This document shows, piece by piece, positions 29,680 to 40,020 of a stretch of 64,000 nucleotides of DNA. How positions within the stretch are numbered: the stretch's first letter is position 1; every line of letters starts with the position of its first letter. Source of the DNA: an uncultured Pelagibacteraceae bacterium (GTDB lineage: Bacteria > Pseudomonadota > Alphaproteobacteria > Pelagibacterales > Pelagibacteraceae); contig CACJQX010000003.1 in NCBI GenBank assembly GCA_902595595.1, positions 8,260 to 72,259 on the forward strand, given 5' to 3'. The position numbers were made by a program, and so were the translations under genes. The notes under the pieces were generated by a model. That model did no database searches. It was not told the origin of the DNA and saw only the letters and a list, made by a program, of their open reading frames with translations.

Positions 29680-30234
29680 ATGCCCATTCAAACTCCAATA
29701 TGTGATTTTGGTCAAAAAGCTATTCCATTTGAATTAAAATCTACTGATAATAAAATTCTGTCTTTAAATGATATCAAAGGTGAAAATGGAACTTTGATAA
29801 TGTTCATTTGTAATCATTGTCCATATGTAAAAGCCATTACAAAAGAATTAGTTGAAGATTGTAGTGAATTGAAAAAAATTGGCATCAACTCAGTTGCTAT
29901 CTGCTCAAACGACTTTGTTAATTATCCAGACGACTCGTTTGATAACATGATCAAGTTTTCAAATGAAAATCATTTCAATTTTCCTTACTTGCATGATGAA
30001 ACTCAAGAAATTGCTAAAGCATATGATGCTGTATGTACTCCAGATTTCTTTGGCTACAATAAAAATCTAGAACTTCAATACAGAGGACGATTAAGAGAAC
30101 TTAAAAAGTTTATTCCAGTTAAAGAAGGAGAAAGTGATCTGCTAACGGCAATGATACAAATAGCTGAAACTGGAAAAGGTCCTGAAGATCAAATACCGAG
30201 CGCGGGCTGTGGTATTAAATGGAAGTATGATTAA
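29680..30234 (+). CDS. Thioredoxin-like AhpC/TSA family protein
   Basis: FICNHCPYV, AVCTPDFF and GCGIKW motifs. Confidence 0.9.
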   Translation: MPIQTPICDFGQKAIPFELKSTDNKILSLNDIKGENGTLIMFICNHCPYVKAITKELVEDCSELKKIGINSVAICSNDFVNYPDDSFDNMIKFSNENHFNFPYLHDETQEIAKAYDAVCTPDFFGYNKNLELQYRGRLRELKKFIPVKEGESDLLTAMIQIAETGKGPEDQIPSAGCGIKWKYD

Positions 30235-31316
30235 TGTATCTTATTGTAACTAGGTCATTCCCACCTGAGCTTGGTGGTATGCAAAATCTAATGTGGGGCC
30301 TTTCAAGAGAAATGTCTAAAAACTTTATGATAAAAGTTTTTGCAGATCATATAGAAGGTCACAAAGAATTTGATGAGCAATCCTCTTTTTCGATCGAAAG
30401 AGTTGGAGGAATTAAATTGCTTAGAAAATATAGAAAAGCACAATTAATTAATGAATATATTAAAGAAAATAAAATAGATGGTGTTATTGCTGATCATTGG
30501 AAAAGTTTAGAACTTATTAAAACTTCTAAGAAAAAATACTGTTTAATTCATAGTAAAGAAATCAACCATCCTAAAGGTTCTAGTCAAAATAAAAGAGTGG
30601 TTAGAGTTTTAAATAATGTTGAAAAAGTTATAGCAAATTCTCAGTTTACAAAAAATCTAGCGATAGAAATTGGTGTTAATGTAAATAAAGTAATTGTAAT
30701 AAATCCAGGTGTGGATCCTGCTGAAGAATTAAATAAAAAAACTTTAGATAAAGTTGAAAGTATACTTAAAGTTAAAAATCCAAGACTAATTACAGTTTCA
30801 AGATTTGATAAGCGTAAAAATCATGAAAAAATAGTTATGGCTTTGAGAAATTTGAAACAAATATATCCTGACATTGTTTACATATGTGTTGGATATGGAG
30901 AAGAAGAAGAAAATATTAAGAGTCTAGTAAAAGAGCTAGATCTTGAAGCACAAGTTATGTTTTTTAAAAATATTAGCAATGATTTAAAAAATGCTTTAGT
31001 TTCAAAATCAAATATCTTTGTAATGCCATCCATAATCCATAAAAAATCAGTTGAAGGTTTTGGTATTGCGTATGTTGAAGCTGCACAATACGGTATACCA
31101 TCCATTGGTGGTAAAGATGGTGGTGCCGCAGATGCAATTGATCATGAAAAAACTGGTTTAATATGTGATGGAAATAATCTTGATGACATTTATTCTTCTA
31201 TTAATTCATTGCTGGAAAATAAAAAATATTTAAACCTTGGGAAAAATGCAAAAGAATTTGTGAATAAATTTCAATGGTCAAAAATAATTGAAGAATACAA
31301 AAAGATATTAAATTGA
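30234..31316 (+). CDS. Glycosyltransferase family 4
   Basis: FPPELGGMQ, SRFDKRKN and EGFGIAYVEA motifs. Confidence 0.9.
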   Translation: MYLIVTRSFPPELGGMQNLMWGLSREMSKNFMIKVFADHIEGHKEFDEQSSFSIERVGGIKLLRKYRKAQLINEYIKENKIDGVIADHWKSLELIKTSKKKYCLIHSKEINHPKGSSQNKRVVRVLNNVEKVIANSQFTKNLAIEIGVNVNKVIVINPGVDPAEELNKKTLDKVESILKVKNPRLITVSRFDKRKNHEKIVMALRNLKQIYPDIVYICVGYGEEEENIKSLVKELDLEAQVMFFKNISNDLKNALVSKSNIFVMPSIIHKKSVEGFGIAYVEAAQYGIPSIGGKDGGAADAIDHEKTGLICDGNNLDDIYSSINSLLENKKYLNLGKNAKEFVNKFQWSKIIEEYKKILN

Positions 31317-32203
31317 TTTCAAATAATAAATTAGCAATTTTTTTAATTATAATCTCAGTTTTTTGTGGAACATTAATGTTAACCTTTTTAAAATTAGCAC
31401 AAGAAGAAGTTAATGTTTATGTTGCAGGTTTTTTTAGATTTTTATTTGGTTTCCTAATTATTCTTCCCTATATGCTAAAATCTAATTTTACAGTGTTTAA
31501 AACAAATCATCATAAAAAACATTTTCTTAGAGCGGTTTTAAACTTGCCTTCAATGTTATTATATTTCTCAGCCTTAGTAATGATGCCAATTGAAAAAGCT
31601 ACAGCTATATCTTTTGTGGTTCCTTTCATAGTAACAATATTGGCAGTTTTATTTCTAGGAGAAAAAATTTACATATACAGGAGTTTTGCACTGGTTTTAG
31701 GATTTATAGGAATGTTAATAATTTTAAGACCAGGAATAATTGAAATTTCTCTTGGAGTTTATATGGCACTGGCATCATCTTTTATGTGGTCAATAGTGAT
31801 TATAATTACAAAAACTATCGCAAAAGATGATAGTTCGATTACGATTTTATCTTATGGATACACGTATATGACGATTTTTAGCTTCATTATTGCGTTGTTT
31901 TATTGGCAAACACCTAGTTTTCAAACTTTGATTTATTTATTTTTTGCAGGTTTATTTGGTACATTGCTACATCTTTGCATTAATCACGCATACAAATTAG
32001 TAGATGTTAGTATGACACAACCATACTCATTTTTAAGTTTAGTGTTTGCTTCTTTAATTGGATATTATGTTTTTAGTGAAACACCTGATCTCTTCACTTG
32101 GATTGGTGCTAGTGTTATATTTTTAGGTGTTTTAATCATGTCATATCGTGAAATGAAGCTTGATAAAGAAATTATAAGAAAACGAATAGATATTAAATCT
32201 TAA
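31313..32203 (+). CDS. DMT/EamA family transporter
   Basis: About 10 TM segments; FFRFLFG, FLGEKI and FSETPD patterns. Confidence 0.88.
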   Translation: MISNNKLAIFLIIISVFCGTLMLTFLKLAQEEVNVYVAGFFRFLFGFLIILPYMLKSNFTVFKTNHHKKHFLRAVLNLPSMLLYFSALVMMPIEKATAISFVVPFIVTILAVLFLGEKIYIYRSFALVLGFIGMLIILRPGIIEISLGVYMALASSFMWSIVIIITKTIAKDDSSITILSYGYTYMTIFSFIIALFYWQTPSFQTLIYLFFAGLFGTLLHLCINHAYKLVDVSMTQPYSFLSLVFASLIGYYVFSETPDLFTWIGASVIFLGVLIMSYREMKLDKEIIRKRIDIKS

Positions 32204-33699
32204 TTTTTCTTCTTAAAAGTTTTGTAAATATGCCAAACTACAATTAAAATTGTAGTAGCTAAGATACATGCAGTTAAAGTTCTATCCCACAAAAATTCCC
32301 AAGAACCATTACTTAATAACAAAGACCTTCTAAGATTTTCCTCCATCAATCCACCTAAAACAAAAGCTAATATTAAAGGTGGCATCGGAAAATCATATAA
32401 TCTTAAAAAGGTAGCTACTACAGCTATTCCAATCATTAAATAAATATCAAAATTATTAAACGACATTACATAAATCCCAGTAACAGAGAAAAATAAAATA
32501 AGAGGAATCAAATAATTTTTAGGAACAGCAAGAATTCTAGCTATATAAGGAATGAGTGGTAAGTTTAATATCAGCAAAATTACCATTCCAATATACATGG
32601 ACATAATTATTGACCAAAAAATCTCTGGATTAGTCATGTAAAGTCTAGGACCTGGCTGAACACCAAATCCTAAAAGTGCACCTAGCATAACAGCTGTAGT
32701 TCCACTTCCAGGAATTCCCAAAGTAAGCATTGGCACAAAAGAACCTGAGCAAGCGGCATTATTTGCCGTTTCTGGTGCTGATAAACCATTTACACTTCCT
32801 TTACCAAATTTTTCTTTTTCTTCGTCACTAACTACGTTTCTTTCCATTCCATAAGCTAAAAAGGATGCAATTGTTGCACCAGCACCAGGCAATACACCAA
32901 TTAAAAAACCAATTATAGATGATCTTGGAATTGTTTTGTACATTTTGGTTCGTTCTTCTTTATTAATTTTGATTGAGCCTAATTCAGTTAAAGAAACTTG
33001 TTTAGCAGCACTGGTTGGATCATTTCTTTTTAAAATAATTGTTAAGGCTTCACTCATTGCAAATGTTGCCATCACAACTAATACAAAGCTAATCCCGTCA
33101 GTTAAGTTCATATTGTTAAATGTAAATCTTGTAATATCAGACAAACTATCTTGACCAACTGATGCTAACATCAACCCAAGTACTACCATCATCATAGCTT
33201 TTAAAAATTGTCCTTTAGATGAAAAAGCAGCAATAGCAGTTAAACCTAAAATCATTAGAGCAAAATAATCTGGCGACCTAAAAGATAAACTTACTTTTGA
33301 TAAACTTGGTGCCATAAATAACAAATAAATTGCAGATAATGTTCCACCTGCAAACGAACTCCATGCAGCAATCGCTAAAGCCTTGCCCGCTTTACCTTGT
33401 TGTGCCATAGGATAACCATCAAATGAAGTTGCAACAGTTCCAGGAACACCAGGTGCGTTTAACAATATAGAGGAAGTAGAGCCACCAAATACTGCTCCAT
33501 AATAAACTCCAGCCATCAGAATTAATCCTGTTGCAGGATCAAAACCATAAGTTATTGGTATCATTAATGCGATAGCTGTCATTGGCCCAAGACCAGGAAG
33601 CATTCCAATGATTGTTCCAAAAAAACAACCAACCATAACCATTAATATGTTCTGAAAAGTAAGTGCTGTTGTTAATCCAATTAATATTCCTTCAATCAT
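32200..33699 (-). CDS. tctA: Tripartite tricarboxylate transporter large permease
   Basis: GMLPGLG, DGYPMAQQG, PETANNA and LGIPGS motifs. Confidence 0.95.
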   Translation of the reverse strand: MIEGILIGLTTALTFQNILMVMVGCFFGTIIGMLPGLGPMTAIALMIPITYGFDPATGLILMAGVYYGAVFGGSTSSILLNAPGVPGTVATSFDGYPMAQQGKAGKALAIAAWSSFAGGTLSAIYLLFMAPSLSKVSLSFRSPDYFALMILGLTAIAAFSSKGQFLKAMMMVVLGLMLASVGQDSLSDITRFTFNNMNLTDGISFVLVVMATFAMSEALTIILKRNDPTSAAKQVSLTELGSIKINKEERTKMYKTIPRSSIIGFLIGVLPGAGATIASFLAYGMERNVVSDEEKEKFGKGSVNGLSAPETANNAACSGSFVPMLTLGIPGSGTTAVMLGALLGFGVQPGPRLYMTNPEIFWSIIMSMYIGMVILLILNLPLIPYIARILAVPKNYLIPLILFFSVTGIYVMSFNNFDIYLMIGIAVVATFLRLYDFPMPPLILAFVLGGLMEENLRRSLLLSNGSWEFLWDRTLTACILATTILIVVWHIYKTFKKKN

Positions 33700-34166
33700 C
33701 CCATAACTCCTATTGATTGTAAGAATGGATCCCTCAAATATATATCAAGAATACCGTGTAGAAGATACATAAAGGCTGCAACAAATGGAAAGGATAATAA
33801 AAACATTAAAATCCATCTTCGTTCTCCTAAAAAGTAATATGACGCAAATAAAAATAAAGATGTAGTTAAAAAATATCCAACTTTTAAAATTGTAGCTCCA
33901 TAAATAATAGCAATAAGTATAAGTATTCCTGTTTTCTTATATTCTAAATTTTTATGATCAACTTTAATAGTATTTGGATCTGGTAAAATAAGTTTTAATC
34001 CAGAAAAAAATAATCCTGCATAACCTAAATAAATTGGAAATGTTCGTGCATTAAATGGTGCATTTTCATCAAATGCAAATACTTGAATTTGGTAAGCAGT
34101 ATATAAATAAAATGCTGAAAAAATAAAAAAGAGCAGTGATATAATTTTTGTAGTATTTATATTCAC
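33696..34166 (-). CDS. tctB: Tripartite tricarboxylate transporter small permease
   Basis: 4 TM segments, ARTFP motif, located between tctC and tctA. Confidence 0.88.
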   Translation of the reverse strand: MNINTTKIISLLFFIFSAFYLYTAYQIQVFAFDENAPFNARTFPIYLGYAGLFFSGLKLILPDPNTIKVDHKNLEYKKTGILILIAIIYGATILKVGYFLTTSLFLFASYYFLGERRWILMFLLSFPFVAAFMYLLHGILDIYLRDPFLQSIGVMG

Positions 34167-34180
34167 TGCTCTAATTTCAA

Positions 34181-34197
34181 ATAATCCTAAGGATTAT
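34181..34197 (-). terminator. Intercistronic hairpin after tctC
   Basis: ATAATCC-TAA-GGATTAT overlapping the tctC stop codon. Confidence 0.35.
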
Positions 34198-35174
34198 ATA
34201 ACTCCTAATTTTTTCATAAGAGCTGTCATTTCTTGAGTTTGTTTTTCTAAGAAAGAAACAAACTTGCCTTCTGGATTATAAATATTAACCCAAGCATTTC
34301 TTGATCTGACAGTTTCCCATTCAGGAGTTTTTTGTACATCGCCAAGCATTTTTGCAATAGCTGATCTATCAGCATTGCTCATACCTGGAGGGCCAAAGAA
34401 ACCTCTCCAGTTAACGAATTGTACATCATATCCTTGTTCTTTAAGAGTTGGTGCATCTGGTGCATCAGAAACTCTTGAAGGCGCAGTGATACCAATAATT
34501 CTTACTTGGTCTCTTGCACCCATCAATTCACCTAAACCAGTTGATATGATTTGAGTTTCTCCAGATAAAAGTCCGGCTAAAGCTTTTCCACCAGCATCAT
34601 AAGGAATGTATTGAACAGCATTCGGATCTGCACCTGCAGCTTGGAAAGCTAAAGCACCAATTAAATGGTCCATACTTCCTCTCACTGATCCACCAGCCAT
34701 TTTAACTGAATTTGGATCTTTTTTGTAAGCATCAACTACATCTTTAAAATTTTTAAAAGATGAACTTTTTGCAACTGCGATAGCACCGTAGTCACCAATT
34801 ACACCAGCTATTGGCACAACATCTTTATAAGATAAAGTTCCACTTCCTTTTACATAACCTTTGTGTCTAGTAATTGATCTTAATACTAATGGTGTTGATT
34901 GAACCAAAACTGTATTAGCAGGTTTAGTATTGATCATGTAAGCTAAAGCTTTACCACCACCACCACCTGACATATTTTCAAATGATGCACTACTTAACAT
35001 ACCAGCTTTTGTCAAAGCTTCTCCAGTACCTCTAGCGGTTCCATCCCAACCACCACCAGCACCACCACCAATTACAAAGTGCAATTTGTCAATTGCTACT
35101 GAGCTTGTAGTTGTTGCTGAGAATAATAGGATTGCCGAGAATAATACTGAAACTATTTTTTTTAAGTTTTTCAT
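34194..35174 (-). CDS. tctC: Tripartite tricarboxylate transporter substrate-binding protein
   Basis: Signal peptide; AGGGWDGTAR, PTLKEQG and NWRGFFGPPG motifs. Confidence 0.94.
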   Translation of the reverse strand: MKNLKKIVSVLFSAILLFSATTTSSVAIDKLHFVIGGGAGGGWDGTARGTGEALTKAGMLSSASFENMSGGGGGKALAYMINTKPANTVLVQSTPLVLRSITRHKGYVKGSGTLSYKDVVPIAGVIGDYGAIAVAKSSSFKNFKDVVDAYKKDPNSVKMAGGSVRGSMDHLIGALAFQAAGADPNAVQYIPYDAGGKALAGLLSGETQIISTGLGELMGARDQVRIIGITAPSRVSDAPDAPTLKEQGYDVQFVNWRGFFGPPGMSNADRSAIAKMLGDVQKTPEWETVRSRNAWVNIYNPEGKFVSFLEKQTQEMTALMKKLGVI

Positions 35175-35396
35175 TATTTATCCCTCTCTAATTTAAAAAC
35201 CCTAGTTAATTATAGTCTTAATGTTTATTCAACCTGTAATTAAGTAACACAACTTTTAATTGAAACCGCTTCAACAAAAAAAATATCAATCAAATATGAT
35301 GTTTTATTTTTTTTTCAGATTAAAGTTTCACTTAATTCACTAGTTTTAATTTCTTTTTTCTTATCTTTTAAAAAGTTGATGATAGAAGTTTAATGA

Positions 35397-36473
35397 ATGA
35401 TTAATCATCAAATCACATTTTACCTTAATAATACAAAACAAGTTTTTTCAATTAAATTTGTTACTGTTCTAATAATTTCTTTTCCTAGCGCAATTATTGC
35501 TGACTATTTTAATATTCCTCTAGCTTGGTTTTTAGGTCCTATGATTATCACCTCAATTGCTGCTTTATCTGGTCTAAAAATCCTGATGCCTAAAATTGTA
35601 TTAAGTTTTATCTTAATAATTTTAGGTTTGCATATTGGAAATTACATAGACCAAAATCTATTTAATCAAATGCTTGATTGGATTTGGACTTCATTAATTA
35701 TGTTAATCTACATAATAATTTGTATTTTAGTTGTCGCTAAATACCTCCAAAAATTTGCAAGTTATGGAGAAAAAGCTTCAATATTTTCAGCAGCACCTGG
35801 TGCACTAGGTCCTTTAATGATTTTAGCAGAAAATGAAAAAACAGATTTATCTCAAGTTGCAACTTCTCACTTAATTAGATTAATCATCATAATAACTGTC
35901 ATTCCATTTATTATAGTTAATAATACTGACAACAGTGTTTTGTTAAATAATGACTTTAATTATTTAGCTCAAAATCATTTCAATTTAATTTTACTTATTG
36001 TTGCTTCTTTGTTTTTTGTATTTGTTTTTGATAAAATTAGAATACCTGCAGCATTACTATCTGGAACATTATTTGCGAGTGGTTTGTTACAAATAACAGA
36101 TATAGCCTCATATAAATTACCAGATGAAACAGTAAATTTTTGTTTGCTAATGCTCGGTGCATCTGTGGGCTGTAGGTTTGCAGAAAAAACCGTTAAAGAG
36201 ATAGCCAATAATTCTCTTCATAGTATTGTAGCTACTACTATTTTGGTTGTACTAGGTTTAGTTGCAGCCTATGTTGCAACATTATTTGTTGATACAAATA
36301 TTTTAACTTTAATATTATCATTTAGTCCTGGTGGAATTTATGAGGTGGCAGTTATAGCAATTGCTTTTGATTTAGATCCAGATTTTGTCGCTTTTCACCA
36401 TATAATAAGATTACTTTTCATACTTTTCACAGTTCCTGTATTTTTAAGAATAATTGAAAAAATTAAGAAATAG
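35397..36473 (+). CDS. AbrB family membrane protein
   Basis: Duplicated membrane domain with PLAWFLGPM, APGAL and SPGGIYE motifs; divergent from tct. Confidence 0.85.
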   Translation: MINHQITFYLNNTKQVFSIKFVTVLIISFPSAIIADYFNIPLAWFLGPMIITSIAALSGLKILMPKIVLSFILIILGLHIGNYIDQNLFNQMLDWIWTSLIMLIYIIICILVVAKYLQKFASYGEKASIFSAAPGALGPLMILAENEKTDLSQVATSHLIRLIIIITVIPFIIVNNTDNSVLLNNDFNYLAQNHFNLILLIVASLFFVFVFDKIRIPAALLSGTLFASGLLQITDIASYKLPDETVNFCLLMLGASVGCRFAEKTVKEIANNSLHSIVATTILVVLGLVAAYVATLFVDTNILTLILSFSPGGIYEVAVIAIAFDLDPDFVAFHHIIRLLFILFTVPVFLRIIEKIKK

Positions 36474-37404
36474 CTTCAGAAAGTCTCTCAAAAACTTTTT
36501 CTGGAGAGAGTTTAGATAATTCAGGGGCTTGTATCGCTTTAAAATTTTCTCTTTCAATACTTACTTTAAAAGGAGTTGTGTGAGATCCAAATAAAGCGAT
36601 TCCTTTTGATCCTAAGTGTGCTGTCATATGTGCTGGTCCAGTATCATTTGCAATAACAAATGAACTATCTTTAATTAATGTTGCTAACTGAGAAATATCT
36701 AAGGCTTTACCATTATCTAAAATACAAAGTGCATTAATATTTGATGCTTCTTTAATTTCACTCGGACCAGGTGCAATCACTGCTTTAAATTTATTATCTG
36801 ACTTTTCATTAATCATAGCAATTAACTCATTATAATAAGGCCATTTCTTTGAAGTTAAATGCGGCGAACAAAAAGGAAAAAGAAGAATGTATTTATCTAA
36901 TTGATGATAATTTTTTATTTGAGATATATCTGTTGTGCTCCACGAAAAATCAGGTTTCAAAGTATGATTTGTATTTATGCCTGAATATTTTAATTGATGA
37001 TCAAATCTAGACAAAACAGAATCTTTATCAAAATCTTGTTTTGTAGTCCCTTCAGGCAACGTTGTGTCAGTAGATGACCAAGTATCTTTAGTTGCTTTTG
37101 GAAATAAAATTTTTTTATAAAAAGCTGTTCTACTTGAGTTTTGAAGATCATAAACTTTAAAAAAATTATATTTTTTTATGTTTTTCATTAAGGAATATAA
37201 ATAAATTAGGTTTAGTCTTGATAATCGCTTATCTAAAATAACATTAGAAATGTGTGGATTTTTTTTAAATAAATCAAAGTATGGTTTAGTTGTAAGTAAA
37301 TGAATTTCATCTCCTTTATGATTCTCAGAAATATCTTGAATTGCACCACAAGCTTGGGCTATATCACCCAAAGATCCATGTTTAATGATTAAAATATTAG
37401 ACAT
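36463..37404 (-). CDS. Glycosyltransferase family 9 (heptosyltransferase-like)
   Basis: IKHGSLGD, YDLQ, KKWP and NDTGPAHM motifs. Confidence 0.9.
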   Translation of the reverse strand: MSNILIIKHGSLGDIAQACGAIQDISENHKGDEIHLLTTKPYFDLFKKNPHISNVILDKRLSRLNLIYLYSLMKNIKKYNFFKVYDLQNSSRTAFYKKILFPKATKDTWSSTDTTLPEGTTKQDFDKDSVLSRFDHQLKYSGINTNHTLKPDFSWSTTDISQIKNYHQLDKYILLFPFCSPHLTSKKWPYYNELIAMINEKSDNKFKAVIAPGPSEIKEASNINALCILDNGKALDISQLATLIKDSSFVIANDTGPAHMTAHLGSKGIALFGSHTTPFKVSIERENFKAIQAPELSKLSPEKVFERLSEAIS

Positions 37405-37436
37405 ATTTTTAACAATTTAACATAGTATAAAATTTA

Positions 37437-37826
37437 ATGAATAAAATTATGGTAGAAGTATCGGTAGGCGAACTTTTAGACAAAATTTCAATCTTAGAAA
37501 TTAAAAAAGAAAAAATAAAAGATCCTGAAAAACTGAAATTTATATCAAATGAACATTCGATTCTTAAAGATCAGTTAGAAAAAAATATTAAATCTGACGA
37601 TAAACTAAATAAACTATTTCAAGATTTAAAAGATATTAATGCCAAGCTTTGGGTTATAGAGGACGACAAAAGAGATTGTGAAAAAAATAAGGACTTTGGT
37701 GATAAATTTATAAAACTATCTAGAGATGTTCATTTTTTAAATGATGACCGAGCAAGAATTAAATTAGAAATAAACAATCACACTGGATCAAGTATTAAAG
37801 AAATTAAAGAATATACTAGTTACTAA
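37437..37826 (+). CDS. DUF6165 family protein
   Basis: VSVGELLDKISILEIK, LWVIEDDKR and ND.RARIK..IN..S.IKEIKEY pattern. Confidence 0.75.
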   Translation: MNKIMVEVSVGELLDKISILEIKKEKIKDPEKLKFISNEHSILKDQLEKNIKSDDKLNKLFQDLKDINAKLWVIEDDKRDCEKNKDFGDKFIKLSRDVHFLNDDRARIKLEINNHTGSSIKEIKEYTSY

Positions 37827-38604
37827 AAACTTTAGGAAACCAATCCTCTCTCATCAAATCTCCAGTTTTTAAATTAATACCATTAAATGGTGGCGAGGTA
37901 GGCCCTCCTCTATCAATATATTTAACATCGTCACCTATAAATCTCATCGAAAATGCTCTTCTAGATTTAGTCGAATTATTTCCTGTTGAGCCATGTACGG
38001 TTTTAAAATTAAATAGAACAGCATCCCCTAAACTTAGTTCTGGAATTAAAATACTTTTTTCAAATTTTTTTTGTGAAGGTAAATCCATGAAAGCACTATC
38101 ATCATCATACCAAGATTGGTTATTTGACCATTTTGTGGGTCTAATTAACTTTGACCATTTATGAGAACTTAAAATTAATTTAAGATTATTTTTCTGATCA
38201 ACTTCATCTAACGGAATCCAAAAACTTCCTGTATCATTACCATCTACACAGTAATATGGTATATCTTGATGCCAAGGTGTTTCTTTGTGAGTGCCTGGAT
38301 CCTTTATAAAAATGTGATCATGAAAAATTTGAGTAGATTTAGAATTAGTTGCCTCTGCAACTATTTGAGCTCCAGGTGAGTTATATAAACAATCCTTAAA
38401 TTCTTCTATCCTCTCCCAGTTACAATAATCCTCAAAAAATCTTCCATTATCATCAGTTACATTTTCTCTTGCGTGTTTACTTGGACTATCTAAAACTTTT
38501 TGAAATCCTTTTCTAAGCGGCTCAATCCAATTTTTAAATACATCTTTAATTATTATTACACCATCATTTTGATAATCATTAATTTGTTTCTCTGATAAAA
38601 ACAT
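37816..38604 (-). CDS. Phytanoyl-CoA dioxygenase (PhyH) family Fe(II)/2-oxoglutarate oxygenase
   Basis: TPWHQD, VHGS and RRAFSMRF motifs. Confidence 0.88.
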   Translation of the reverse strand: MFLSEKQINDYQNDGVIIIKDVFKNWIEPLRKGFQKVLDSPSKHARENVTDDNGRFFEDYCNWERIEEFKDCLYNSPGAQIVAEATNSKSTQIFHDHIFIKDPGTHKETPWHQDIPYYCVDGNDTGSFWIPLDEVDQKNNLKLILSSHKWSKLIRPTKWSNNQSWYDDDSAFMDLPSQKKFEKSILIPELSLGDAVLFNFKTVHGSTGNNSTKSRRAFSMRFIGDDVKYIDRGGPTSPPFNGINLKTGDLMREDWFPKVFSN

Positions 38605-38606
38605 TT

Positions 38607-39284
38607 TTATTGTTGAAAGCTGTACTTTTTCTCTAAATATTTAATTACATTATGAATGATAAAAGTCATGAACAAATAAATACCACCAGCAACAATAAAT
38701 ACTTCGATTGGTTTAAATGTTGTTGAAATTATATATTTAGCAACACCTGTTAAATCCATCAAAGTTACTGTGCTTGCTAAAGAAGTTCCTTTCATCATCA
38801 ATATTATTTCATTTCCATAAGCAGGAAGTGATTGTCTAATAGCAATTGGAATTTGAATTTTATAAAAGATTATTTTGTTTGATATTCCTAAGCTTTTTCC
38901 AGCTTCAATGATTCCTGGTTTTATAGTTTGAAACGCAGATCTTAAAATTTCAGAAGTATATGCACCAGTATTTAGTGTAAATGCTATTATTGCACACCAA
39001 TAAGGTTCTTTTAAAATTACCCATAGAAATGTTGTTCTTAAATATTCGATTTGTCCTAACCCAAAATAAATTATGAAAATCTGGACCAATAATGGTGTTC
39101 CTCTAAATATGTATGAATAGCCATAAGCAAATTTATTAATAACTATATTTTTATTTAATCTTAAAATTGCAAAGAAAAGCCCAAGGAATAATCCAAAAAA
39201 TAATGATGCAGATAATAATTTTAAAGTAACTACTGTTGCTCCCAAAAGTTTAGGAAAACTAGTTATCATTAAATCAAAATCCAT
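38607..39284 (-). CDS. Polar amino-acid ABC transporter permease (HisM/OccM-like)
   Basis: FRGTPLLVQ, AYTSEILR and EAG motifs. Confidence 0.92.
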   Translation of the reverse strand: MDFDLMITSFPKLLGATVVTLKLLSASLFFGLFLGLFFAILRLNKNIVINKFAYGYSYIFRGTPLLVQIFIIYFGLGQIEYLRTTFLWVILKEPYWCAIIAFTLNTGAYTSEILRSAFQTIKPGIIEAGKSLGISNKIIFYKIQIPIAIRQSLPAYGNEIILMMKGTSLASTVTLMDLTGVAKYIISTTFKPIEVFIVAGGIYLFMTFIIHNVIKYLEKKYSFQQ

Positions 39285-39976
39285 TAATAACCCCTGCTAT
39301 ATCTAAGTTCTAATTTGTTAATTAATTTCATACTCACGTAAGTAAGCAGTAGATATAAAACTGCTGCAAACGAATAGAAGAATAATGGATCTCTAGTAGA
39401 TCCTGCTGCAATATAAGATTGTCTCATTATCTCAACTAATCCTGTTACTGAAATAAGAGAAGTGTCTTTTAAAGTTATTTGCCAAACATTACTTAGATTT
39501 GGAATAGCAAGTCTTAACATTTGAGGAAAAATTATTTTGTAAAATTGACCAAACTTATTTATCCCAAGAACTTTTGCAGCTTCAAATTGACCTTTGTCTA
39601 TTGATTGAATTGCTCCCCTAAATACTTCTGTTGAATAAGCTCCTGAAATAATACCAATAGCCATTGAACCAGTAATAAAGGCATTTATTTCTATGTATTC
39701 ATAATACCCAAAAATAGAAGCCACATACATGATGGCTCCACTTCCTCCAAAAAAGAAAAGGTAGATTACTAATAGTTCAGGAACTCCACGAATAACTGTA
39801 GTGTAAAAATTACCAACTAAATTTAAAGTTTTATATTTTGAAAGCTTTAAAGGAGTGAAAATTAATGCAAAAAAGAAACCAACTAACATTGCTGTAATTG
39901 ATACAGCAACTGTCATCAGGGTTGCGTAAAATAACTCATCCCCCCAACCTGTTTTACCAAATGCGAGAAGTTCCAT
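39284..39976 (-). CDS. Polar amino-acid ABC transporter permease (HisQ/OccQ-like)
   Basis: IRGVPELL, GQFEAA and LKDTSL motifs. Confidence 0.92.
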   Translation of the reverse strand: MELLAFGKTGWGDELFYATLMTVAVSITAMLVGFFFALIFTPLKLSKYKTLNLVGNFYTTVIRGVPELLVIYLFFFGGSGAIMYVASIFGYYEYIEINAFITGSMAIGIISGAYSTEVFRGAIQSIDKGQFEAAKVLGINKFGQFYKIIFPQMLRLAIPNLSNVWQITLKDTSLISVTGLVEIMRQSYIAAGSTRDPLFFYSFAAVLYLLLTYVSMKLINKLELRYSRGY

Positions 39977-39978
39977 AT

Positions 39979-40012
39979 AGATTGGCGACTATATATTATA
40001 GTCGCCAGATCT
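39979..40012 (-). terminator. Intercistronic hairpin between binding-protein and permease genes
   Basis: TGGCGACTATA-TAT-TATAGTCGCCA (39983-40007), extendable by AGAT/ATCT to within 2 nt of the permease ATG. Confidence 0.65.
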
Positions 40013-40020
40013 GAAATGAA

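Noticed and set aside
35397-36473. Ammonia monooxygenase or transcription factor label for the AbrB-family protein
   Set aside because: It is an integral membrane protein with no AMO subunit motifs or DNA-binding domain; those labels are legacy family names
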